A DNA stretch of 64,000 nt from Squalus acanthias. Its lineage: Eukaryota. The stretch lies in assembly GCA_030390025.1 (NCBI GenBank), contig CM059432.1, forward strand, positions 28,336,001 through 28,400,000. The letters run 5' to 3'. Below the pieces are notes generated by a model. It saw only the letters and a program-made list of their open reading frames with translations, made no database searches and was not told where the DNA came from. The translations under genes were made by a program, and so were the position numbers. Positions 1 to 12,232 of the stretch are shown one piece after another; positions within the stretch are counted from its first letter, which is position 1, and each line of letters starts with the position of its first letter.

Positions 1-1346
1 AAAGGTGTATCTGCTCTTCATTTAAATGGTGCAATAGTCATTATCTCAACTACTCCCTTGTGGCAAAGCAGTCCATACTCCAGTAACTCTCTGCAGAAAC
101 GATTACAGCACAAGAACAGGCCACTTGTCTCATCAAGTCTACACCATTCTTTGTTCTCACTACTACTTCAGTGCAGTACTGAGGGTGAGACATTAAACGG
201 AGACCCCCGTCTGCCCTCTCAGGTGGATGTAAAGATCCCATGGCACTATTCGAAGAAGAGCAGGGGAGTTGTCCCCGGAGTTCTGGCCAATATTTATCTC
301 TTAATTAACATCACTAAAACAGATTATCTTGTCATTAGCACATTGCTGTTTGTGGGATTCTGCTCTGCGCAAATTGGCTGCCGCTTTTCCCTTCATTACA
401 ACAGTGACTACACTTCAAAAGTACTTAATTGACTATAAAGCACTTCAGGACGTCCTGAGGTTGTAAAAGGTGCTATATAATTGCAAGCTCTTTCTTTTTC
501 TACAAGCCACCAAGTCCAATCCCGCTCTCTTGCTCGATCTCCATATCATTTAATATTCCCCTTTTTCTGCCTAATTCTCTTTCAAAATAATTTATGGACC
601 CTGTTTCAACAAGAATTTGTGGCAGAAAATTACACATTCTAACCACACTATATGTACAGATTTATTTTTCTAAATGCCTCTCAAGGCTCACCCTCTCCAC
701 CAGACGGTGCAGCCTCATGCACTGCCCTCCCCAATTGTTAATAATTTTTATTGTTAGAGAATGCAACAAATCTGTAGACGGTTTCAGGAATTATTCTGGG
801 GAATTCCTCCCAACTCCAGATGGCAAATGAAGCAATTTCTGGGAAATCATGGTTTTCCACACTCATCCTGATATGGACCAGTGCCCTCCTCCCCCACAAA
901 CTTGTCAAGCTCTTTTTTTAAGATTAGGAACAATCCCACGCTTGCCATAAATGTTTTAACTTGCTTGTTATTAAAACTGCATGGAACTATTTCAATATTC
1001 AATTCTAATGCATAGAGTGCGATAAAAGAGGCAGAACGGCCTTGTCTCATTTTTTGACACAAAGGCATTTCTTGACACAATGGGGTAGATTTACAACTTG
1101 CCAATTGACTTGCAGATAGGCTGCCCAATTTTCATTTCTATAACTGACGGCCACTCCGCATGCCCAGTTTTATACCTGGACAGCATGTTGAAAATCTACC
1201 ATAGAATCTTACAGCACAAAAGAGGCCATCTGGCCCATCGTGCCTGTGCCGGCTCTTTGAAAGAGCAACCTAATTAGTCCTATTCCCCTGCTCGTTCCCC
1301 GTAGCCCTGTAAATTTCTCCTTTTCTAGTATATATCCAATTCCCCT

Positions 1347-2529
1347 TCGACAAGGTTCCACACAAGAGATTGGTGAGCAAAGTTAAAGCACATGGGATTG
1401 GGGGTAATGTGTTGACGTGGATTGAGAACTGGTTGGCACACAGGAAACAAAGAGTAGGAGTAAATGGGTACTTTTCAGAATGGCAGGCAGTGACCAGCGG
1501 GGTACCGCAGGGTTCGGTGCTGGGACCCCAGCTGTTTACATTATATATTAATGATTTGGACGAAGGGATTAAATGTAATATCTCCAAATTTGCGGATGAC
1601 ACTAAATTGGGAGGCAGTGTGAACAATGAGGAGGATGCTAGGAGGCTACAGAGTGACTTGGACAGGTTGGGTGAATGGGCAAATGTATGGCAGATGAAGT
1701 ACAATGTGGATAAATGTGAGGTTATCCACTTCGGTGGTAAAAATAGAGAGGCGGACTATTACCTGAATGGTGGCAGATTAGGGAAAGGGGACGTGCAACG
1801 AGACCTGGGCGTCATGGTACATCAGTCACTGAAGGTGGGAATGCAAGTGCAGCAGGCAGTCAAGAAAGCAAACGGAATGATGGCCTTCATAGCAAGGGGA
1901 TTTGAGTACAGGAGTAGGGAGGTGATGCTACAGTTGTACAGGGCCTTGGTGAGGCCACACCTGGAGTATTGTGCGCAGTTTTGGTCTCCTAACTTAAGGA
2001 AGGACATTCTTGCTATTGAGGGAGTGCAGCGAAGGTTCACTAGATTGATTCCTGGGATGGCCGGACTGACATATCAAGAAAGATTGGGTCAACTGAACTT
2101 GTATCCTCTGGAGTTCAGAAGAATGAGGGGGGATCTTATAGAGACATTTAAAATCCTGACTGGTTTAGACAAATTAGATGCGGGCAGAATGTTCCCAATG
2201 GTAGGGAAAACTAGAACCAGGGGTCACAGTCTAAGGATTAAGGGGAAGCCATTTAGGACTGAGCTGAGGAGGAACTTCTTCACCCAGAGAGTGGTGAATC
2301 TATGGAATTCTCTTCCACAGAAGGTTGTTGAGGCCAGTTCGCTAAATATATTCAAAAGGGAGTTAGATATAACACTCACAACTAAGGGGATCAAGGGGTA
2401 TGGCGAGAAAGCAGGAATGGGGTACTGAGGTAGCATGTTCAGCCATGAACGCATTGAATGGCGGTGCAGGCTCGAAGGACCGAATGGTCTACTCCTGTAC
2501 CTATTTTCTATGTTTCTATGTTTCTATGA
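1347..2529 (+). mobile_element. CR1 LINE, 5'-truncated, uninterrupted RT C-terminal frame
   Basis: ORF 1370..2428 with [25 protein letters not shown]; (TTTCTATG)3 tail. Confidence 0.95.
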
Positions 2530-2829
2530 ATGTGGATGTGAATTCAACCTGTCATCTTCCACATCCCTGACTACCCAATCTCAGCCATACTGGCAAACAC
2601 AGGCTTCCTACAAGAAGGGAAGGAAGATCATAAGCAGAGTGTTTAGAAAGCTACGAGAACCTCCTCGATGGCAGTCAGAGCGACATTACTAGAGACTGTG
2701 AGGAAGTCTTATCGTGCTTGATATGTGGAACCTAGAAATCAGTATCCAAACTGCATTTGGGAATTCCATTCTTCTATCTCCCTAACCTCGCACACCCTCA
2801 CTGTGTTCAATCCCAGTAATTGTACTTAC

Positions 2830-2950
2830 ACTGTGGATGTCCATCCGAATCTGTTACAGCCAGTTGAAAAGCTTTCCCAGTCACTGGGTCAATGCACCAG
2901 GCTTTACCATCCCCAGAGTTTGACCACTGCAAGACACTGTATTCTCCCGT
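2830..2950 (-). CDS. TG: Thyroglobulin exon 15 (TGEYSVLQWSNSGDGKAWCIDPVTGKAFQLAVTDSDGHPQC)
   Basis: 121 nt inside ORF 2807..3013; ttgcag| acceptor and |gtaagt donor; next exon not found in the window. Confidence 0.92.
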
Positions 2951-3339
2951 CTGCAAAACAAAACACAAACGACACTGAGTAAAAGTGACAGGCAGGTAAG
3001 ATATGAGGCACACTGTAAAGTTTGAAATCTACTTTTGCTACATTTCATTCTTTGAAGAAAATGTATTTCTTATTTTATCTTGTCTAGTTTCCTACTCGAT
3101 TCAGCTAGGTGGTGTTCAGAACTATAGGTCTTGTCCTTCACCTAGCTCTCTCAGTTCAGAAAAAAACCATGCATGCAGCTTTGTTTGGGATACAAATAGA
3201 GCAATAATATGGAACTGTGCAGTGGGAGAGGAACCGTGAGGTAGTCGGCTAGCACAGTCTTTTCAACCCTCGGAACTTGGTTTAGCCCAGACTGAATGGA
3301 TGAAAGTCTCTGCTGACTATGTAGGTCCTATGTGAGAAT

Positions 3340-3673
3340 GATGCGGAGATGCCGGTGTTGGACTGGGGTGGACAAAAATGAGAAGTCGCACAACACCAGG
3401 TTATAGTCCAACAGTTTTATTTAAAATTACGAGCTTTCGGAGCTCCGCTCCTTCTTCAGGTACAGTGAGGGAACACAAATCGATTACACCGTATATAAAC
3501 ACAGAGAACAATGTGTCTGCAGAGATACAATCTGTTAGGGAGGCATTACATCAAAGACACATCAGAGTACAGCTAAGACAATGAGGTGGGTCACAGGGGG
3601 TCCAACGTATCAAATGCTGCCGTCTGCAGTTAAGCTTTTAACTTTTTTTTAAAAACTGGAAAAACAGACAACG
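3340..3673 (-). mobile_element. Short Penelope-like 3'/pLTR fragment related to the 29227-31028 element
   Basis: Reverse complement shares AAATAAAACTGTTGGACTATAACCTGGTGTTGTGCGAC and CAGACGGCAGC...CACCTCATTGTCT blocks with 30680-31025; flanked by ATGTGAGAAT repeats (3330-3339, 3674-3683). Confidence 0.85.
3428..3462 (-). ncRNA. Minimal type-I hammerhead ribozyme motif (sense to TG pre-mRNA)
   Basis: Minus strand TAC-CTGAAGA-A-GGAGC(gga)GCTCC-GAAA-GCTC-GTA. Confidence 0.75.
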
Positions 3674-4099
3674 ATGTGAGAATAGCACTGGGCAGTCTCA
3701 ACTAAATTTCCAGTAGACATGATTTGCAGCATAAAATTGTCCCTAACTGGCACCAACTGGCAAAAAGGCCACATCACACTGGTACAGTACCTAGCTGATC
3801 GGCCTTCTTTATAGGAGCGGCGATCAAAATACCTCCTGGTAGAATTTCCAGGGTATTCCAGGTGGACCCCACTTCTGTCTGTACAATGACCCATGTATGA
3901 GGTTCTTCCCGGCGTCCAGTTAGCTCACTGGCCCTTCGTCCTCCAACAACATGGGCCATGTTTAGGGAAGACGGAAGTTCCACCCGCCCCAGGCAGGAAG
4001 GTCCTGTAACAAGCGTGTGATCCTCCCTGACGGAATTTCCGCTTGGCACTCTGCCAAGGAAATGCCTAACAGCCAGGCAGTAAAGGTGAAGATTTACAG

Positions 4100-5340
4100 C
4101 ATTCTCTTCAAAAATGGGTCTGATGTTAAGTGTCTCTTCATAAAAGAGGATTGTGATGGTGAGTGTCTCTTTCTAGAAGAGGCACTGGTAGTAAGTCTCC
4201 CTCTTTAAAATTGTGTTCTATTGCTGAGACTCCCTCTTAAGAGGGACTCCCGTTCAAATCAAGGGATATGGAGATCGGGCGGGAAAGTGGAGTTGAGTTC
4301 GATGATCAGCCATGATCTTATTGAATGGCGGAGCAGGCTCGAGGGGCCGTATGGCCTACTCCTGCTCTTATTTCTTATGTTCTTATGTTCTTAAAAGGGG
4401 TTGTAATGGTGAGACTCCCTCTTTAAAAAAGGATCCTAATAGTGAGTCTCCCTCTATAAAAGGTTCTTGATGGTGAGATTGCCTCTTTAAAAGAGGGAAG
4501 ACCTGAAGATGAGCAAAATAAATATAGTAACTTTTCTCTTGGCAAGCATATTTATTTTTAAAAGGCAATGGTAAACCAGATTAAAAATGGAGACTGATCT
4601 GTTTAAAATGGTGTCAGCAAGGAGTCTCTCTGGGATGTCTAATAAATACCCTTTGATCTGTGTTTTTCTTAGTTTGTGCATTGCTAATTAATGATGTCAG
4701 CTGCAATGCAATCACCCGGAACTACTGCTAAATTAATGTTAAGTATCCGTCAATTTACTTCATTCTGTCACCTCACCATCTTATTCAATGCAGATGTCGG
4801 AACTTTATTCCGGTTTGTCTGGTATTTTGGTAGTGTTACTGTGAAGGTGTATTTTAGTATCTGTAAACAAACTGTTTGAAGTACAGAGCTGGTTTGATTT
4901 CAGAACTGGCTGAGCAAATGAAGCTCCTTAATGAACTGTGTTTTATGATTGATGGTATTTTCAGGCTCAGCTGAGATTTCAGCTTCAAAGCAAAATATGA
5001 TTCAGAAATGATGAGAAGCGCCTTCCTTTAAAAGGGGGCATAATGGTGAGACTCCCTTCCTCAGAGGGGGTACCTGAATGTGAATATTTTCCTCTCTTTA
5101 AAACGGTTTTATGATGGTGGCAGTCTCCTGTTAAAAGGGGCCTTAGTGGTGAGATTGCTTCCTTCAAAGAGATGCCTGAAGGTAAATCGCTCTCTTTAAC
5201 TGGAGTCATGATGATAAGAAGCCCTTTAAAAGGGTTCGTAAAGGAAATACTCTAAAGGGAATCCTGATGGTGAGATTCGCTCTTTAAAAGTGGGTCCTAA
5301 TGATGATATTTCCTCTATAAAATGGTAGTGCTGGTGGTAT
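4100..5340 (+). repeat. Degenerate 33-34-bp tandem repeat in two blocks (about 4100-4630 and 5020-5340)
   Basis: Recurring TAAAAGGGG...TGATGGTGAGACTCCCTCTT; interrupted by a CR1 tail at about 4258-4392. Confidence 0.65.
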
Positions 5341-5364
5341 TTCAACATTTTTTTTCATATTTAC

Positions 5365-5477
5365 CTCAGTGCAAGTTGGATTGAATAAATCCCTGGTCGT
5401 GGTATTAAGCTGGAGACCTACACGCTTCCATCCAGCCAGAGCTGCATTTGTTTGAGAGCGTTGGCATGGTGTCTGAC
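5365..5477 (-). CDS. TG: Thyroglobulin exon 14 (QTPCQRSQTNAALAGWKRVGLQLNTTTRDLFNPTCTE)
   Basis: 113 nt, cttttccag| acceptor and |gtaaat donor; ends in phase 0. Confidence 0.93.
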
Positions 5478-6187
5478 CTGGAAAAGGAAGAGTGAAACAC
5501 TAACTGCAAAACTTTAATGGTTTGTTATTGTCATATGCACAACTGGCCCCACTCTAATGTGTCCCCCAGAATTCCGAATCTAGTCTGATTTTTAAGAGAG
5601 ATGAAACCCATGACAGGTCAGATATGGATATGCACAGTCAACCCTCCATGTGGTGAGTTGGTAATCTGAGCCACGGTTGGGAGAAGGAAAAAAATCGGGA
5701 GATACTGCAGGCCACAACTCTTGGTTACCAATTTTACAGTCACCCTCTCATTTGGATCAGTATGTGACACTTGAAGAACCAAGAAAAAGGGATGTGGAGA
5801 AAACGGATTTAAAAAAAGAGAGGGCTTCCTCAATGGCTCAACGAGTTGGTATTGAGTCAGTACCTAAGTCATACAGAAAAGGAAGGGCTAAGATTTGATC
5901 TCTGATCTGTGCTCAATTAGCTGTTCTCAACTATCAAGGTGCGAATTGTGCTGACTGGTGTAACTCTCCCCCTGTTCCTACTGGAAGTATGGAAGTCAGG
6001 TGAAGAGAGGATTGAGCTCTGCTCTGATGGCCCCCATAGTGGAATAGCTTACTGACATGTATTATCTAGGCTCACACATGAATAATGGTGGCTTGGGCAA
6101 GGTGCCAATGCGCATGGAACATCACCCCAGTGAGGAGTCAATGCTTTCAGCAGGGAAGGGAGAAAAAGTGTCAGCGGAAAATATAAA

Positions 6188-6723
6188 GGGGGCAAAATTG
6201 ATGCGCGCCCCCTTTGGGGCGCTAACTTCGCCAGGGCGCTAATTTTAGCACCCCGGAAAAAAATTAGTGCCCCCACGGCTGAAATTGAGTGGAAGCGCCC
6301 CAAGAGGGAAGCGGGGCGCTACTGGAAGCACCCCGCCTCCCTCTTGGGGCGCTGCGAGGGAATATCGCGGCACGTCGCGCCGCGGTATTGCAGGCCTTCC
6401 TCCCCTTCTTAAAGGGGAGGGGCCTTGCGCAGCGCGACCCAGGGCCCAGCTGGACCACCGGGGATCGGAGTGCCAGCAAAAGAACCAGGCACTCAAGAGA
6501 AGTGCCGGGCTCATGGAGCGCAGCCGGCACTCCGCGGGGGGGGGGCGGGTCAGGAGGCCGGGGACAGCGCCACAGGGCGCTAACGGTTACTGCCGCCACT
6601 AACCTCCCACTGGATTTTGTGGGAGGCGTTGGCGGTGACGCGCCCGGGCGTTAGTTGCTTTGCGCCCCTTTAGCACTCTCTTAGGGCGCTAGCGGGAGGC
6701 ACAAAGCAACCAAATTTTTCCCC
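6188..6723. mobile_element. GC-rich MITE related to the 12233/36493 family
   Basis: GGGGGCAAAATTG start, GCAACCAAATTTTTCCCC end, shared GGGCGCTAA sub-terminal motifs. Confidence 0.75.
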
Positions 6724-6889
6724 AAAGAATTTCTCCACTTCCCATATTTAGAAAAAAATAACTTGTTGAAACAGAGTCCATAAGTTATATTGAAAGAGAA
6801 TTAGGTAGTTGTTTGAAAAATGGGGCTATTAAAGGATATAGGGATTGAGCAAAAGAATAGGATTGGACTCTGTGTTTGCAGAGAAATAA

Positions 6890-7345
6890 AGAAAGAGCTT
6901 GCATTTATATTGCGATTATCAAACAAAATTTGACACCGGGCCACATAAGGAGATATTAGGGCAGGTGACCAAAAGCTTGATCAAAGAGGTAGGTTTTAAG
7001 GTGCTTCTTAAAGGAAGAGGGGTAGAGAGGTGGGGAGGTTTAGGGAGGGAATTCCAGAGCTTAGGACCTCGGTTCTGAAGTCATGGCCGCTAATGGTGAA
7101 ACGAAGAAAATAGGGGATGCGCAAAAGGCCAGAATTGGAGGAACGCAGATTTCCCGGAGGGTTGCAGGGCTGGAGGAGAGTACAGGGATAGGGAGGGGCA
7201 AGGCCACTGTAGGGATTTGAACACAAGGATGAGAATTTTCAATTTTGAGGCATTGCTAGACCAGGAGCCAATGTAGGTCAGCCAGCACAGGGGTGATGGG
7301 TGAACGAGGCATGGTGCGAGTTAGGTTACGGGCAGCAAGGTTTTG
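6890..7345 (-). mobile_element. L2-like LINE 3' fragment next to the exon 13 donor
   Basis: Same family as 9478-10128, 43858-44230, 46275-46575 and 55050-55200 (LKTYLFDQAF motif). Confidence 0.75.
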
Positions 7346-7355
7346 CACAACTTAC

Positions 7356-7433
7356 ATTGAGGCATCCGGGTCAAGCGACTGACCAGTGAACCAGAAATAT
7401 AACTTCCAGTCTCACCCACACACCAACAGTGAC
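7356..7433 (-). CDS. TG: Thyroglobulin exon 13 (HCWCVGETGSYISGSLVSRLTRMPQC)
   Basis: 78 nt, hand-translated, ctgcag| acceptor and |gtaagt donor. Confidence 0.94.
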
Positions 7434-8263
7434 CTGCAGTGAACCAAAGGAACAATTCAGTACTGAACAAGAAAGGGTCAATAATGTCCAATCGTAAAGG
7501 AGAATGATGAATTACAGGCTGGAATCAAGGTGTTCAAACAGCGTATGTATAGAATAACAGGAAGTGAGTTACAGACAGCATTCCAATCGAGGGCTTCCGA
7601 TGGTTTATATATTTCCTCTTCCACATCACTGCTCCAACTCCCCTATTCCCCTTCTATCCATCTCATCAGTCTAAGCTGGATTGAAACTCAAGTCCCAGAA
7701 GTGAAAGGTCAACATGTTAACTGTCTACACTGCCCAGTCTCCCTCTCGTTTAACAACAACAACTTTCTCAGACCTCTAGTGTCAGTGATGAAAGCAGAAA
7801 ATACTGGAACCACACGACAACTACTGCATACACTGATCGATATCTGAAAGAGAAATATTACTTTATCTTTCCCTTTCAGATAACTAACCCACTGTACCCG
7901 ATCTGTAATGATCTATCAGTCTTTGGAACTGTTTCAAAAAATCACTATGTCTTGGCACCTCTCTCTCTCTTCCTTCAAAAGCCTCTTTAACCAAATATTT
8001 TATTGCCCCACTTAATCGTCCCTATCTCCTGCTTGCCTTTACCATCTCCTGCTCAAATCCTGCCTCACGCCTGCACTTTGAGATGTGCTTCTTCAAGGGG
8101 CATTATACAAAACCAAGCTATTGCTGTTATGCAATTCTAGCATTTTCTAGCATAGTTGCAGATTTCCAACATTCACAGCTTTCTTTTCCCTCTAGTCCCT
8201 GATGAAATTTCTTGGCTTTCTGATACTGTTGGTGATATTTTCAAGTTAAACCATTGCACTCAC

Positions 8264-8401
8264 CAGTACTCTCATAGCATTGGGTTGGCTCCCAGTTTCC
8301 AAGGCCATCACACTGTGGGATGTAGGGGCTGTAACCTTTTAGAGTCAGCTCACCAAGAATCCTTTCCTTGATCAATTGATTTCTCCAGTAGAAATGCAGA
8401 G
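8264..8401 (-). CDS. TG: Thyroglobulin exon 12 (TLHFYWRNQ...PYIPQCDGLGNWEPTQCYESTG)
   Basis: 138 nt; AG/GTGAGT; in frame. Confidence 0.95.
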
Positions 8402-10449
8402 CTGTTTGGAAGCACCTCATTAGCAAACTCAGGTAGGACATGAAACAAAAGCTTGATACACAAGTGGCTTTAACACAGAAAAACCTGAGCAGGTTAACAT
8501 CTCAAGATGCTTCTCCACAAGCAATCATTGTTTACAATATCTAAAGATTGTAAAAGCTCCTGATTTGTTTTTATTGATGAGATTTTGTTTACAGCAGGTC
8601 ATTTTCTGATGATACATATTTCTAAAGTCTTTATCATAATGGCCCATAATTTGCTGTCAAAATAACAGTGAGGCTAATGGCACTCCTATTATTTATGCGG
8701 AAATGCTACAGCAACTTCAGGCGAGGGCAGATGCGAGGTTAAACACGGAAATCCCAAAGCTGCTGTCTCAGATGCACCACTCCACCATTAGCTGTCACAA
8801 AAACACCTGTCTGCCTCACTATGAAATGCACTGAATGGCGTGAAGTTGCTGTAGTTGCACAATAGATACGAATTAAACTCGCAACAGAAAGTTAAGTTAA
8901 GTCATTTCAAGTCTAAGTACCGTTTTAACGACATGTTAAGTGTTAATAACTTCCAGTCAACCTCTCGACACTGAAAATTAACTATTTCAAATGTGGAGTC
9001 TCATTCCTTCAGGTTTTAATTGTTGTTGGAGATTTAATTTTTTTTTTAATTTAACATTTAAAAAACAAATACTTTTCATTTCTGTCTCTTTTTTTCTCTA
9101 TTTCTTAATCCAATCTTTTCCCCCCTCTATTTATTCGTCTTTCGGTACCTGATTTGGAATTGAATTCACCCATTCTAACTTACACTTCCTTCTCAGTCCT
9201 TGTGCGATTAATTTCACAATCCTTCAATCTGGTTGGTTAAGGAGATACACAGTTGCTTGCCCTGTTTACTCAGGTACCAGATGCCCGGTTTCCCTCACTG
9301 CCCCTTTACCAGCTCACACTATCAGCAACTTACTACTAAAAACCTAAACATGCAAAAGCAAGTCTAACTAATAGCAGACACCGTTAGATGCCCAATTGAT
9401 TCTCTTTCTGGGAGGGAAGTGAGTAGATTTTTGTTGGGTTAACTTGACTCCAAGTTGATTTGTTTGGCAGTGACAAAAACAACTTGCATTTATATAGCGT
9501 CTTTAATGTAGAAAAGCATCCCAAGGTGTTTCATAGAGGTCGAATCAAACAAAAACGGCTGCCGAGCCAGAGAAGGAGATACTAAGAGGGGTGACCAAAA
9601 GGTAAGTTTTAAGGAAGGTCTTGAAGGAGGATATGGCAGTAGAGAGACAAAGAGGTTTAGTGAGGAAATTCAAAGAGTGTAAGGCCTAGTCGGCTGAAGG
9701 CACAACCACCAATGATGCGGCAAAGGGAGATGAAATACACAAGAGTTGGAGGAACACATAGATCTGGGATGCAGGGGGTTTTTAGGGAACATAGGAACAG
9801 GCGTAGATCATTGAGCTCTCCGAGCTGTTCCACCATTCAATTAGATCATAGCTGATCTGTACCTCAACTCCATTTACCTGCCTTTGCTCCATATCCCTTG
9901 ATACTTTACCTGACAAAAATCTATCGATTTCAGTCATGAAAATTTCAATTCTCCCAGCATCCACAGCCTTTTGGGGGATGGAATAACAGATTCCCACTAC
10001 CCTTTGCTGATTTCACTCCCAAGTGATGTAGTTCTACAGGGTTGGAGGAGGTCACAGAGATAGGCAGGGGCAAGGCCATAAAGAGCTTTAAATATGAGGA
10101 TCAGAAATTTTAATTGGAGATGTTTGGGGACCGGGTGGGGGGATTTTTCAGAGGGTCAGCGGGCGCGATCGGTGGCGGGTCGGGTGGGAAAATGTTTTTA
10201 TTTGACAGCGGGTCGGGACCTCGCTGTCAACCCGCCGCCATGCACCTTTCCCAAATGTCTAGTCTGTCAACGCTGAGCAGACCTGCCATGCAGCGACGGG
10301 GGAGGCAATTCAGGTCATTCGGACTGCAGCGGTTCAAGAAGGCGGCTCACCACCACCTTCTCAAGGGCAATTAGGGATGGGCAATAAATGCTGGCCTTGC
10401 CAGCGACGCCCACATCCCATTACGAATATTTTTTTTTAAATTAGGAAAG

Positions 10450-11357
10450 TAGTTTGCAGATGATACAAAAATTGGCCGTGTGGTTGATAGTGAGGAAGAA
10501 AGCTGTAGACTGCAGAACGATATCAATGGATTGGTCAGGTGGGCACAAAAGTGGCAAATGGAATTCAATCCGGTGAGGTAATGCATTTGGGGAGGGCTAA
10601 CAAGGCAAGGGAATACACAATAAATGGTAGGATACTGAGAAGTGTAGAGGAACAGAGGGACCTTGGAGTGCATGTCCACAGATCCCTGAAGGTAGCAGGA
10701 CAGGTTAAGAAGGCATACGGGATACTTTCCTTTATTAGCCGAGGCATAGAATATAAGAGCAGAGAGGTTATGCTAGAACTGTATAAACCACTAGTTAGGC
10801 CAAAGCTAGAGTATTGCATACAGTTCCGGTCACCACATTACAGGAAAGTAGTGATCACACTAGAGAGGGTACAGAAGAGATTTACGAGGATGTTGCCAGG
10901 AAAAGAGAATTTTAGCTATGAGGAAAGATTGGATAGGCTGGGGTTGTTTTCTTTGGAACAGAGGAGGCTGAGGGGAGACTTAATTGAGGTGTATAAAATT
11001 ATGAGGAGCCTAGATAGAGTGGATAGGAAGGATCTATTTCCCTTAGCAGAGAGGTCAATAACCAGGGGACATACATTTAAAATAAATGGTAGTAGGACTG
11101 GAAGGGAGTTAAGGAGAACTTTTTTCACCCAGAGGGTGGTGGGGGGTCTGAAACTCACTGCCTGAAAGGGTGGTAGAGGCAGAGACCCTCATCACATTTA
11201 AAAGGTACTTGGATATGCACTTGAAGTGCCGTAACCTACAAGGCTACGGACCAAGAGCTGGAAAGTGGGATTAGGCTGGATAGCTCTTTTTTGATCCACA
11301 TAGACACAATGGGCCAAATGGCCTCCTTCTGTTCCATAAATTTCTATGAGTCTATGA
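10450..11357 (+). mobile_element. CR1 LINE fragment
   Basis: FADDTK at the 5' end, ORF 10539..11165, 3' UTR and TCTATGAG tail. Confidence 0.9.
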
Positions 11358-11395
11358 GTTGCATATGGATACAGACATTAAACAAATTTACTCAC

Positions 11396-11638
11396 TGGAT
11401 CGGGCAGCCAATCGAACAGCATAGTCAGATTCACTCAGCAAAGTTTCAGAAAAGGAAAGGCCTGATTGGAACATCTCAGAGGAATGAAGCAGTTCATTGT
11501 CAGTCAGCTGTATACCACTAGCCAATAAGAAACCCTGGGCAAAGGGAATATTGGAATTGTTGGAGGCCATGGTGAGTTCATCTGCCTCATCAATAAACCG
11601 AAGGACTTGCTGAGCAGCACGATCACAGGGTCCTGGAC
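11396..11638 (-). CDS. TG: Thyroglobulin exon 11 (PGPCDRAAQQVLRFIDEA...DYAVRLAARS)
   Basis: 243 nt inside ORF 11388..11747; AG/GTGAGT. Confidence 0.93.
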
Positions 11639-12232
11639 CTGAAACATAACACAAGGATGGCACATTACATAAACATAACACAATGATTGTACATAATCCA
11701 AACAGAACACAATGACTGTATATTGAATTGGAATCCAAATAGTTCATGTTTACATTAAGGTAGAAAACACTGATCTCTAATTTCTTACAGTCCTATGGAA
11801 ATGGCTACACCTGTGCAACACTTCCATATTTTGGTAAATGTCATACTTATACAGGCGAGGGATTGTCTCAGGACTGGAACAGGTTTTACCTCTCAGTCTC
11901 CCATTAAGTATTCTCAGGCCAGGTACAACATGCATTGGATACAGAGTAAAGCTTCCTCTCGTACTCCCAGATCAAATACAGCATAGGTTAGATACAGAGT
12001 ACATTTTCCTCTGTACTGCCGCATCACGAATTCCCAAATCAGGAACAGGGTTGGATGCTGAGCAAACCAAAACAAAATAATCCTTATTGTTTCCCTGCCA
12101 TGTATCACCATGGTACGAGTGTTGCATCATCGAGAATGGAAGTGGTAACTGTTTTAGCATAATACCCAGGTACCATCAATCCTAAAAAGGTGCAAACTCT
12201 ATAGAGTACCATTGGCTCATATTAAATTCAAG

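Noticed and set aside
1..2800. TG exon 16
   Set aside because: No type-1 repeat (QC..CWCV) exon found; presumably beyond the window start
6245..6654. CpG island or GC-rich gene
   Set aside because: GC richness is confined within the MITE termini
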